A stretch of 63,983 bases of DNA, the filler included, from Octopus bimaculoides (lineage: Eukaryota), in NCBI RefSeq assembly GCF_001194135.2. It is 9 parts of 7 records of this genome, joined end to end, with 100 filler letters (N's around TTAATTAATTAA, not from the genome) between each part and the next. Parts side by side here need not be neighbours in the genome. Positions count along the whole stretch, not along the records: positions 13,780 to 30,367 come from NC_069005.1; positions 30,468 to 34,832 come from NC_068986.1; 7 more parts are not named here. One strand, 5' to 3'. Every line of letters starts with the position of its first letter. The stretch's first letter is position 1. The notes under the pieces were generated by a model. It saw nothing but the letters and a program-made list of their open reading frames with translations. It made no database searches and was not told the origin of the DNA. This document shows, piece after piece, positions 23,688-34,832 of the stretch. A program made the position numbers and the translations under genes.

Positions 23688-24245
23688 ACAGCCAAGAATT
23701 TACTCGTAGGAATTACGGAATTTTTACAACAAAACCATATATACGACTCATATGGAAATTTCTATCAGAAGCTTAACATGCATCGAGGGAAGCCTCTGTG
23801 TGGACGCTGTGTCAGCTTGAAATAGCAGCTAAATCTCCCTCAAATTATCCTCTGACTTCTCAAAAACAAAAAGAAAAGAAAAAGAAAAACTCTATCGCAT
23901 CATATTTTTAATAGTTTCGAGAATGATAGGAGGGACAGAAAGATGGATTTTCAAACGTGGGTTGGGATCTCATCGGATTAAGTTTAACATTTAAGTAAAG
24001 TAGAGTAAGGTTTGAAGTCAGAGATCAGTAGCAGGAACAAAGAGCAAAATACATTTCATTGAAAGCTTTTTGAGAAGTCAGAGGATAATTTGAGGGAGAT
24101 TTAGTTGCTATTTCAAGCTGACACAGCGTCCACACAGAGGCTTCCCTCGATGCATGTTAAGCTTCTGATAGAAATTTCCATATGAGTCGTATATATGGTT
24201 TTGTTGTAAAAATTCCGTAATTCCTACGAGTAAATTCTTGGCTGT
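23688..24245. repeat. 179-bp inverted duplication (23688-23866 / 24067-24245), one mismatch seen
   Basis: The ORF track gives identical peptides on both strands (TAKNLLVGITEFLQQNHIYDSYG...CVSLK). Confidence 0.95.
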
Positions 24246-24269
24246 AGAAATGAGTTGCGACGCCACAAG

Positions 24270-24388
24270 TGCCAACGTGAAATAAAGTGTCTTGCTCAAG
24301 AACAACACGCAGCCCGGTCCGGGATTCGAACTCACAACCTCACGATCGTGAGCTCGACGCTCTAACCACTGAGCCATGCGCCTTCACA
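24270..24388 (-). mobile_element. tRNA-derived SINE family C head
   Basis: GGCGCATGGCTCAGTGGTTAGAGC (A box), GAGTTCGAATCCC (B box), ttcttgagcaagacac core. Confidence 0.88.
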
Positions 24389-25036
24389 ATAACAATTATA
24401 ATCATAATGATAATAATAGCAACAACAACAACAACAGCAGCAGCTACAACAACAACAGTATAAATATAAATAATGAGTAAAAATAACACTTGTTTGTGAA
24501 CATAAGGAGTGGAACTGCAAAGAAGAGCTTTAATTAAAAAATAGAAACTCACTTATGTTAATTGAGGTGTAATTAAGTTAATTTTGCATTTATGCTCATC
24601 TTGGTCGTAATGACAGCTGATCTGGTCGATGTGGTGGCCCGGTTTCCACTCCAACATTCCCCAGCTGAGTTTCTGTGTCGAGGTTTTGCTCGGACGAGGA
24701 GGCATCGTTCGTCGCTGTCGCCGTCACCGACGCCGCCCGTCGTCGACATCATCATCATCATCATCATCGTCATCATCATCATCATCATCGTCGTCGTCGT
24801 CGTCGTTGCCGTCGTCATGGAAGCCAACGAAGGAGCCTCTATGCAGGTGAGACTGACCTACCAGAAATAGCAACCAAATCTCTTCGAATTTTACCATGCC
24901 ACTTTAAAAGAAGAAAGGACGCGTTTGATTATGAATTGTTAGGAATGTATAAAAGCTTGGAATGTCATGGTTGGAACACCATTCCTCGCGTGTCGTGAAT
25001 AATAAATGATGTATGAATTAAAAGTGNNNNNNNNNN

Positions 25037-25358
25037 TCGAGGGCAAACGCAATTAAAAATATGCCTTCCTCAACTAACAATACGACATTACAAACTTTTC
25101 TTGACCGAGCGAACTGTTATCAAAATTATACATCAAACATGTATAAATTGAGAGCTCCACTTAATAATCTGCTAAAGAAAAACACCAAATGGAATTGGCC
25201 AAATAACTGTCAAAAGGTGTTTCAGGATATTAAAAAAATATGAATTTCGGATTTGTCGCTGGCTCATTTCGATCCTGCAGCGGAGATTGTTGTAGCTTCT
25301 GACGCTTCTGAATACGGCGTAGGAGCAGTTTTACTGCAGAAATATAAAGACAGTAACA
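25037..25358 (+). mobile_element. Ty3/Gypsy pol fragment (RT thumb to RNase H start)
   Basis: LQTFLDRANCY...LRAPLNNLLKKNTKWNW...*ISDLSLAHFDPAAEIVVASDASEYGVGAVLLQ. Confidence 0.9.
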
Positions 25359-25621
25359 CATTCCTCTCATACCTACAGACGTTCCTTTTGAATTTAAGAC
25401 GCTTCAGTTTCCAGTCAAACTAAGTTTTGGTATTTCAATTAACAAATCTCAGGGGTCAATCCCTCAAGGTAGTTGGAATTGATCTCTCTACTACATGCTT
25501 CTCCCATGGCCAACTCTATGTTGCCCGCTCACAAGTTGGAAGCAGCAACAATTTATTCATTTCGACACCAACAAAAAATTGCACAACGAATATTGTTTAC
25601 CCTGAGGTGCTTCAACATTGA
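25359..25621 (+). mobile_element. Helitron RepHel PIF1-like helicase C-terminal fragment
   Basis: IPTDVPFEFKTLQFPVKLSFGISINKSQG/QSLKVVGIDLSTTCFSHGQLYVARSQVG...TNIVYPEVL*. Confidence 0.92.
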
Positions 25622-25631
25622 CAGATTTATC

Positions 25632-25868
25632 TACATTATTTACAATTGACGGATATTTGTCCTCATCTTGTTTGTTGTTAACCACTACGCCATATGCCCC
25701 AACAACATCGAAAAATACCTTAGGTTCGAAATTTCCCCAAGACACCTGATGAAGGCTGGAGGGTATATCAGCCGAAACGTTGTGTTAACAACAAACAAGA
25801 TGAGGACAAATATCCGTCAGTTGTAAATCATGTACATAATTCCTCATCTCTTAAATATAGAACTGTAT
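25632..25868 (+). mobile_element. HHR-SINE family copy with an inverted 5' partial copy (51-bp arms 25632-25682 / 25784-25834)
   Basis: Same tail as 6763-6890; inverted head remnant accactacgccatatgcc at 25681-25698. Confidence 0.8.
25741..25786 (+). ncRNA. Minimal type-I hammerhead ribozyme, intact core
   Basis: GACAC-CTGATGA-A-GGCTG-GAGGGTATAT-CAGCC-GAAAC-GTT-GTGTT; loop-less palindromic helix III; predicted cut after GUU at 25781. Confidence 0.75.
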
Positions 25869-26438
25869 TATTGACATATTTCCTGTTCGAAATTCTATTA
25901 TGATTACAATTTAGATATATTTTTTTAATAAAATGTAGATATTTTAAAATAATTATGAAGATATATCTTTATATTTATTGTTTACTAATCTGAATAAGAA
26001 CAGCAGTAAGCTGGACAATGCCGGGTCATTCAGCTATCAATAAAATAAATTTCGTTTCTCACTGAAATCGAAATCTCAGAAGCGGGTATGTTGTGACTAG
26101 GGTCTCGATACCCCCAGCAAGAATAGACTCATTTCATGATTTGTTTGCTCCTTCATCCGCCCCCCATCCAACCCATTAATTATTCAGAAACACACTGCTT
26201 AAATAGCCACAATATACATCGGTGTAGCGTTATTGGATACACCAATTTTTCCATATTAAACACATTCCTGGCAGCTGCAAGTGAATACTAATGGCCTGTA
26301 CGGACGCCGTATTCCGTTACGCAACCAAAATATATTCTATGGAGTATACTAAAAGGTCTTTATAAGTCAACGCCGTGTTCAACTATGTTTATCATCATCA
26401 TCGTTGTTGTCGTCGTCGTCGTCGTCATAAACATCACC

Positions 26439-26471
<33 letters not shown>

Positions 26472-26660
26472 GATTTGCTCTAGAACAAAACTGTACAAAT
26501 CCAAATATATGGTACCGTAGGCATAACACCTACATGAACTTCTAACTTGTCTCTTGAGGTCTCTGGGTGAGACTTGGATCCAACTTGTACAAATGCAAAG
26601 CAAAAGTCAAACATAAAATAATAATAATAATAATCACCATCATCACCATCACCATCATCG

Positions 26661-26706
<46 letters not shown>

Positions 26707-27253
26707 CTCACACTATGCCTCATCTCTCGTGGATGTCGACGCCAACTCGTTCATGGAATCAGGGTAGGCTTAATAAGTTGTTATCTAGGACTGCTTCTGG
26801 ATGTCGGGATGAAAGGATGATGCGTAGTTTGGAAAAGATTTTGCAAAGGAATTAAGGCTTCTGTCGTCTCCATGAGAGTGGCAAGTGTTCCATTGACGTT
26901 TAGAAGGAAACTGGGCGGCTGGAAAGGAAATCTGAGAGCACACAGAAGTTAATGAAAAGCAAGATGGAAAGAACTCTGTCAACGCATGCCAAGATGGTAC
27001 GATTTGAAATGGTACCAATGTGACACGTGCTGACTGATCTAAGAGAACAGAGATGGGTGGAGCTTAGAAATAAGAAGATTTCGTAGAAGATTCAGATCTT
27101 GTTAAATTTCTTCCAACCACTTTTGAAGTTTTTCAAATTTTCACCCTAACAATTAAAAAAATTGTAGTTTTGACGTAGTTCTGACGTATGATGATGACGA
27201 AAATCCCATTCATTCACTTTTTTTTATAAATAATTAATATAGAAGTTACAAGT

Positions 27254-27406
27254 AGACATGACCGTATGGTGAGAAGTTTGCTTCCCGACCACATGGTTCT
27301 GGGTTCAGTCCCATTGTGTGGACACTTGAGCAAGTGTCTTCTATAGTCTAGGGCCGACCAAAACCTTGTGAGTAGATTTGGTAGATGGAAAATGAAAGAA
27401 GCCTGT
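27254..27406 (+). mobile_element. SINE family A, 5' half
   Basis: Head and body motifs. Confidence 0.85.
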
Positions 27407-27822
27407 TTTTTATATATATATATATAAAATTTAAAATTATGTAATTTTAGCTCATCGGAAGCCTCAGTTACAGACATGTCGGAAGTCGCGACTGTTTCAT
27501 ACCAGACATAGTTGAAGGTTTTGCTGATGCGTGGTTTGGAGACGTTTGAAATGAATGACAGTTTTTATCTTCTGCACAAAAGTGGGAGTTTGTANNNNNN
27601 NNNNNNNNNNNNNNNNNNNNNNNNNNNNNNNNNNNNNNNNNNNNNNNNNNNNNNNNNNNNNNNNNNNNNNNNNNNNNNNNNNNNNNNNNNNNNNNNNNNN
27701 NNNNNNNNNNNNNNNNNNNNNNNNNNNNNNNNNNNNNNNNNNNNNNNNNNNNNNNNNNNNNNNNNNNNNNNNNNNNNNNNNNNNNNNNNNNNNNNNNNNN
27801 NNNNNNNNNNNNNTTATTGCAG

Positions 27823-27869
<47 letters not shown>

Positions 27870-28217
27870 GGTGGTGTTGGTGGTGGTGGTGGTGGTGGTG
27901 GTGGTGCTGAGGTTTGTGGGTTGGAGCACTCCCCTCCCGTTTGGTCTGTTCACATTCCACTCCAATCTCTCAGCATTGATTAAGCGCCTGTTTCTTCTCT
28001 TGTTACCTCTTTCGTTGCTGCATGTGCAGCCGGTGCTGCCGCTGTTTGAAAGGAAACAGAATTATGACTGGATTTTTATAAGTGGGAGAGGTAGAGGAAG
28101 ACGACGGTCAATGACCGACCGCCTACTGCATAGAACACAGCGGTGGACTGCGCATCAACGCCACAACATCAACATAAACAGCACAAATGTATGCTGTTGT
28201 TTTTGTTTAGCCCATGG

Positions 28218-28480
28218 ACATGTTTGATCGAGCAGAGCCAGGATCAAAACTTGCGTCATGTCAACTTGTCCAAAGTTATGTTTGATCAAGGAAAGCCAGG
28301 TTCAAAAGCGCTCCAGCTTGGGACCATCCCTACTTGCGCAAGGTCATATTTGATCGAGAAGACCTACGTTCAAAAGCGCTCCAGCTTGTGACCGATCCAT
28401 CTTGTCCTAGGTCATGTTTGATGACGCAGACCCAGGCTCAAAAGCGCTCCAACCTGTGACTATCCCTACTTGCGCACACA
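28218..28480. repeat. ~68-bp tandem repeat, 4 copies
   Basis: atgtttgatc variants at 28220, 28278, 28346, 28414; caaaagcgctcca in three units. Confidence 0.85.
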
Positions 28481-28539
28481 CATGCATATATCTATGTATG
28501 TGAATCTTGTTTTTGTGTTTTCCCCAGCCTCCACCTCCC

Positions 28540-28745
28540 CACACTACCACCGCCTGACAACCAGTGTTGCCTACGCAACCTACGTCTATGTAACCTAACG
28601 GTTCGGCAAGAGACACCGACAGAATAAGAACCAAGTAAAAAAAAAATAAGTACTTGGGTTGATCGTTCGACTAAAAAATTCTTCAAGGCTGCGTGCCCCA
28701 GCATGGCCGCAGTCTAATGACTGAAACAAGTAAAAGATAAAAGAC
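28540..28745 (+). mobile_element. SINE family A, 3' half
   Basis: Tail motifs cggttcggcaagagacaccgacagaataag...gcagtctaatgactgaaacaagtaaaag. Confidence 0.8.
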
Positions 28746-29171
28746 GTATATTAGAGAAGATAAAAGTGTCGACCAGCCAGTAAATGCCAGCACAAAGACA
28801 GGTCATTTCCGCAAGCAAATAAATCCAGATTGGGAACATTGATAGGAAGACACGTCAGCTCGTATCTAATAACATATCCTGAAGCCACGAGAAAATACTT
28901 ATATGAATATTAAAAGCAAACAGAGGAAGAAATATCTGGGAGAGTTCAGGGAATTACTTATTAAATGACTATTGTTTTAATCACACAGTCAAAAACAGTC
29001 ACTGTGTCTCTCTTTCTGTATCGCTATATATTCAATGTTTCAACGCAAAGCAATGCGAAATGCCATGTACCTTGCTCAACTTCTCAAATACTGGAATTAA
29101 TAGGGGCCTTGTTTGCGGTTTGTCGTGATTTCTAAGCAAAAACCCTATAGAAACATGCATATGCTTACTTA

Positions 29172-29333
29172 GGTGCAGGCGTGACTGTGTGGTAAGAAGC
29201 TTGCGCCCAAACCACATGGTTTTCGGTTCAGTCCCACTGCGTGACATTTTGGGCAAGAGTCTTTTAATATAGCCTCAGGCCGACCAAAGCCTTGTGAGTG
29301 GATTTAATTGGCGGAAACTGAAAAAAGCCCATC

Positions 29334-29335
<2 letters not shown>
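29172..29335 (+). mobile_element. SINE family A, 5' half
   Basis: Head and body motifs. Confidence 0.88.
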
Positions 29336-29373
<38 letters not shown>

Positions 29374-29537
29374 NNNNNNNNNNNNNNNNNNNNNNNNNNN
29401 NNNNNNNNNNNNNNNNNNNNNNNNNNNNNNNNNNNNNGTAAGTACATAAAATGTGCAACAAGATTGGAAAAAGAGTACTCAAATACCAAAGGTAGAGTAA
29501 TATGCTTTATTTAAAAGCAGCAGAAATATAACAAAAG

Positions 29538-29577
29538 ACTGTTTCTCGGAGTTTCACGTTCCCGTTCATCGGACAGT
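29538..29577 (-). ncRNA. HHR-like motif, core CCGAUGA, cleavage triplet mutated to GAA
   Basis: ACTGT-CCGATGA-ACG-GGAA-CGT-GAAAC-TCCGA-GAA-ACAGT. Confidence 0.55.
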
Positions 29578-29607
29578 TTTGTTAAAAACAAGATTGTTAG
29601 TAACAAA

Positions 29608-29646
29608 ACTGTCCGATGAACGGAAACGGAAACTCCGAGTAACAGT
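29608..29646 (+). ncRNA. HHR-like motif, core CCGAUGA, GUA site, helix II shortened by 1 nt
   Basis: ACTGT-CCGATGA-A-CG-GAAA-CG-GAAAC-TCCGA-GTA-ACAGT. Confidence 0.55.
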
Positions 29647-29791
29647 CTTTTGTTATATTTTTGCTACTTTAAAAGAAAGTATATATATATATAAGCAATA
29701 ATAAATCTCTGAGCGAGATGTAAACAGTAGCAGTACGACATCGTAGTAAAGTATATTTGTCATTTAAACGTGGCTGACCCATATGGGACGA

Positions 29792-29936
29792 TGCTACTGT
29801 AATTTATAGCCCCAGGAAGACATCTCCACCAGCTGGCTAACGATGATCTCCCTTCGCAAATACTGATCGGACACAGATAGTGTGTCGTTAGCAGCTGGAA
29901 GAGATGTCTTCCTGGGGCTATAAAACAACAGTAGCA
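29792..29936. repeat. Foldback with ~52-bp arms (29792-29843 / 29885-29936)
   Basis: tgctactgtaatttatagccccaggaagacatctc / gagatgtcttcctggggctataaaacaacagtagca. Confidence 0.85.
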
Positions 29937-31494
29937 ATGAAGTCAGTGATACAACGACGACCATTAAATGAGATTATTCTGGAAAACCAAGGGCTCAAAG
30001 TGGTCGGTATTCCAGAGGTGAAGAGCTTAACCATGGTCTCTGCTTCATCCAGACCTGAAGCTCTGTCAAAGAGACGAGCTGTGGGGAGACAGGCCTGACA
30101 AATGGCGGTCGCCGCCATCTTGCTCATTGCCGCAGATTCATTTCATTGGGTGTCTGTGTAACGTCGGCTTCTGCATAGCGAGCCGCTCCGTGCAGAAGGG
30201 ATGGCCAGCTGGTAAGACTTCTTACAAGCGGAACCTGGTCCATCTGCAAGAAACGATCAAGATTTTTCCCAATTTGGTCAAGAAAAAAAGAAGAAGACAA
30301 AAAAAGATTAGGGTAAGAAACGACAATCAGACGATAATAAATGGCGGAAGCAACGTAGGTGTTTGTGNNNNNNNNNNNNNNNNNNNNNNNNNNNNNNNNN
30401 NNNNNNNNNNNTTAATTAATTAANNNNNNNNNNNNNNNNNNNNNNNNNNNNNNNNNNNNNNNNNNNNATATATATATATATATACATATATAGACTTATG
30501 TGCAGTTACATAAATACATAGAGACTTACGTGTGTTTGTGTATATCGCGAAATTTTCGAATAATGAACGTGAATAATAAAACTGCTATCAATCATTTGTA
30601 AAAGAAGCGCTAGATGTGAAGATTACAAATAAAAAAAAAAGTCAAGATTCGTGCAAAAAGCGTAAGTAAAATGGTGTATATTATAGTATAAGAAATATTA
30701 ACACTCAAAACAGGCTTAAATAGCTTCACCCTAACACATTTGTAAGGTTCTCCGTTTATAAAATAAAAATTACTAGGCTATTGATCCAGAAAGAATTATC
30801 AAAGTAATTACTTATGGTTGTAGGAAAAATCTGAACAAGAAATATTTTTGGTTTATTATTTTGCTTTCTGCAACGGCATTGTGATAAACTATTGAAATTT
30901 AAGATAAATACGGCAATAGGAATTGATTTGAAATCATTTACGTTCCTTTCTGTCAAACTAAATGATAATTTCAGAAATAGGCGACTGCAGCCATATAAAA
31001 TTATCATGTTAGCATATTTATCTCTGCATATCTATACCAATGCATGCATGCATGTATGTGTGTGTGTGTGTGTTTGTGAAAGTGAGGAGACGTGTTTCTA
31101 AGCTGGTATGCGCATTGTGTGTGTTTGGTTGTGTGTGTTTGGTTGTGTGTGTATGGGTGTATATGTAAATGCGTGCGAATATGTATTGGCATGTTTATAC
31201 AAATACAAAGACGAAGAAGCACAGGAAAACACAGCTACAAGCACACATGCATGCAAGCACACATACGCACACACACACGCACGTACACGAACATATACGC
31301 ATACTCAAACACATACACGCACGCTCATACACATATACGCACGCACACTCACACACACACACACACTCACGTATACGAAAGTTAGTATTCGCTTATGTGC
31401 GTATGTGTGTGTGTGTGTGTGTGTGTGCGTGTGTGTGTGTGTGTGTGTGTGCGTGTTTATAGGTATATACTCGATATTTACATACGTTCTGCGC

Positions 31495-31648
31495 TCATGC
31501 TCCGCCGAGGTCGTCTTTATCTTTGATCCTTTCTGGGTCGATTAAATAAGTCCCCGCTACGCACTGGGGTCGATGTAATCGACTGAAACCCTTTGTCTGT
31601 CCTTGTTTGTCCCCATGTTGTTTAGTCCCCCGTGGGCCATAAAGAAAT
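31495..31648 (+). mobile_element. SINE family B, 3' part
   Basis: ccgccgaggtcgtctttatcttt...gcactggggtcgatgtaatcgac...gtttgtcccc. Confidence 0.85.
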
Positions 31649-31679
31649 GCATATATGTGCTCAATATTTACATTATGAC

Positions 31680-31725
<46 letters not shown>

Positions 31726-32088
31726 TTTATGACATTATTATATATGTAATATAGTGATTACCTTCCAAAATAGTAAATGGCGGTGTTCACAGACGCACCA
31801 CATGCAAATCAGTGTGACCTTCACATCTATTCTTGGTTTAAGTTAGTTCTCTTCACAATTGCCTGAACACATTGTGAAACATGGGAAGATAATCTATGTT
31901 TGTGATCAGCAGTGAAGGTGTATAACAAGATTCTTAATGTATATAACAACATTCAAATAAGTTTAAATTTCCTGAACGAGCGTCTAAAATCGTGTTATTT
32001 ATCGGCGTCAGATACATCTTCGGGTTCCTAATATACGCTTCGCCATAACGTATCTCTGTGATCTTTTTCGTATTTTCATTTCTTTCAC

Positions 32089-32242
32089 CTATTTGAGTGC
32101 AGCCATGCTTGGTCATCGACTCAAACCAAGCGTGTTTGTCGTCAGAATGAGTAACTACAGAATTCCAAATCTCCTCAACACGAGCCAGTTTCTCGATTGA
32201 AACAGAAACAGGAAAGGACCATGACTTAGGTGCAACAACAAG
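32089..32242 (-). CDS. Candidate exon inside a 143-aa ORF (LVVAPKSWSF...HAWFESMTKHGCTQI)
   Basis: ttttaacattcag acceptor, TAG|GTGAAA donor, single open frame, non-repetitive peptide. Confidence 0.25.
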
Positions 32243-33185
32243 CTGAATGTTAAAATGAAAGGGACAAAGATTCCGCCCCGACCCCCTCCCCCGGAATATT
32301 TGGCACAACAGTATTCGATCACAGCATTTATCGAAGGACTGAAACATGAAAAATATAAAAGACAAAAGGCATAGTTCATTAAATCGTTAATCAATTAAAT
32401 GCTCGATAAATATAAAGAAAAACCAGCATCATAATTGTACGTCATCGATAAAACATGTTGAGTGCAACAGCGACACCTGTAAGATTAAAGTCACGTGAAA
32501 AGTCTACCTAAATGTGATTAAGATTAATAAAAATGAAATGGATAGAATAAACATTAAATTAGTTCTTAATAAACGAAATAAAAGGAGTATAAAAGGAATA
32601 TACAGGAATCACTTCTTGTGGAAGATATGCAGTAACGTATACTAAAACGAAATTAATTAGAACCTAAAATGGCTTCTAACAGGCAAACGTATGAAATCGC
32701 AAGACCCATACTGAAGTCAACTTTTGAAGTCAACCCATATTGAAGTTAAAGAGGTATGTTGAATTTAGAGTGAGACTAGAAGAGTAAAGATATCCAACAT
32801 GTTTAAAACTTAGAAAATTATTATTTTTAAATCTCACGACGTGAGACATTCAGCAACAGTACTTTGAAGTATAGATTGTTTACCAACATAACATGGCAGT
32901 CCTGGTTTAGGACGAATGTTTAAAACTTGTCATATTAAATGTTATTAAAGAGGACACAAAAACATTACCGTGGCACCTGAGCGAATAATTTTTTTTAAAT
33001 GCTTGAATTAAACTGATATAAAAATATTGCGGATAAAGCTATTATATATCAAATCAATGATGTGGAAATAATGACTGCTAAATCTGAACTAAATGAATCA
33101 AAGATGGCATCATACTAGCGTTGATGGAAAACTATACCAAATAATGTTTGTTTTCAAATATGGCATTAAGCCAACAATTTAGGGA

Positions 33186-33352
33186 GAGGTGGTCAATTGT
33201 TTAGATCAAACCTCAGTGTTTAACTGGCACTTATTTTATCGGTCCGGAAAAGATGAAAGACAAAGGTGAACTTGGCGCGATTTGAACTCAGAACGGCAAG
33301 ACGTTCCGAGCACTTTACCCGGCGTGTTAATGATTATGCCAGGTCACTGCTT
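33186..33352 (-). mobile_element. SINE family B, degraded
   Basis: Reverse complement of head and central domain. Confidence 0.75.
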
Positions 33353-34254
33353 TGCCTTCCAATCACTGTTGTAGAGAGTATAAAGAACAATCACTTGTCA
33401 CGTTTCCACCGCTACTAAAACACATGTTGCATAGGAGGGAAAAAACAGGAAAATAATCTTCCATCGTCAACGTAGCTCGGTTCAAAAACGCTTAATTCAA
33501 CCTAGTTAAGCCAGAAGCAGAATTAGCGACCAACAGAGACCTATAGACAGATACAGAACCCTTAAGAGATGTACAAAAGTTTAAGTTTAATATTAAATAT
33601 TCAGACTTGGAACTAATCCATATTTCAAATCACTAACTTTATATAGAACGAATGCAATCTTTACATTTCTAATTTATATTTATAAACTTGTTTTAGCTAT
33701 ATTCTTCTGCAGCTGCTTCACTCTAAATTGATCAACAACGTACGATCTACTGCTGTGTTTCATAACCTAACTAGTAACAGAAAAAATGATGTACCCGAGA
33801 GGAGAAAGAGGTGACACGATTAAAAGACTTGACAGAATGTTCATCAGAGTAGTAACAATACCAATAATTAGGGAAATACTTCCATGGAAAGTAACGTTAT
33901 CCAAAATATCTTGGGTTTCAACGTTTATTTGGGACAATTCCAGTAATGTGACTCACAGTAATTAAAGAAACTAAATGTAACACACACACACACACGCATA
34001 CACACGCACCCACACACACACACATACAAACACACACATACACACACACACACACACACGCACACACACACACTCACATATGAATATTAAGGATCGGCAT
34101 ACCCCAGTACGATAATCAAAGTGACAGGAGTATTCATACATAAGTTCCATATACATGCACGCACACACATACGTATAGGGAGGCACGCTGTGCTTCTGTG
34201 CATGTATATACGTGGAGACAGAGTGAATCTCTAGTTTATTAAGTTCATGATCGT

Positions 34255-34548
34255 AGGTACTTTAGTTAGATTCTCTGCTATGAGCAGTGTTGTTGAGACA
34301 AGACACTTTATTTCACGTTGCTAGATTCCACTCAGTTGGCAAAAATGTGCAGCTTATGTATTTCAAAGAGCCAGCATTGTAAACATTATGTGTGATGCTG
34401 AATCACCTTGAGACTTACATTAAGGGGATACCATGTTTGTGGAGTACTCGGACACGTACAGGTTAATTTCACGAGCAGAGCATTCCGTTGATCGTATCAA
34501 CTGGAACACAGAACCTCGTAAGAGACGGAGTGCCAGAAGAATTATGCT
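34255..34548 (+). mobile_element. SINE family C
   Basis: Shares body and tail with 49048-49427 (ttaatttcacgagcag...gttgatcg...tcaactggaac). Confidence 0.8.
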
Positions 34549-34795
34549 CGTACTCAAACATTTATATATTTCTACACACAAAGATATATAAATATACGGC
34601 AGTATATCAAAACAACATTGCAGTACAAAAATAACAGAGTGCCTTGCTGAAGGAATTGATCGCTTAGGCTTATATCTCCCAATAAAACCTATGAACCTAG
34701 GGAATGCAGAGCAGCTCAACAAAAACTGAAGATTAGAAAACACGTGCACACACATACACGCACGCACACACACAAACATATATATATGTGCATAC

Positions 34796-34832
<37 letters not shown>

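Larger units (their letters stand above)
29511..29672. mobile_element. Palindromic Penelope-like element, ~72-bp arms, each with a variant HHR
   Basis: 29511-29584 pairs with 29601-29672 around a 16-nt spacer. Confidence 0.85.

Noticed and set aside
27450-27593. ISKTFNYVWYE resembling the CR1/Jockey RT motif ISKAFDRVWH
   Set aside because: Only ~11 residues match and the flanks do not extend; too weak to annotate.
28218-28480. Regularly spaced repeats as a CRISPR array
   Set aside because: Whole units are similar with no unique spacers, no cas genes, and the context is eukaryotic.
29918-30260. Long minus-strand frame broken by a single TGA (selenoprotein?)
   Set aside because: No redox motif context and no SECIS seen.
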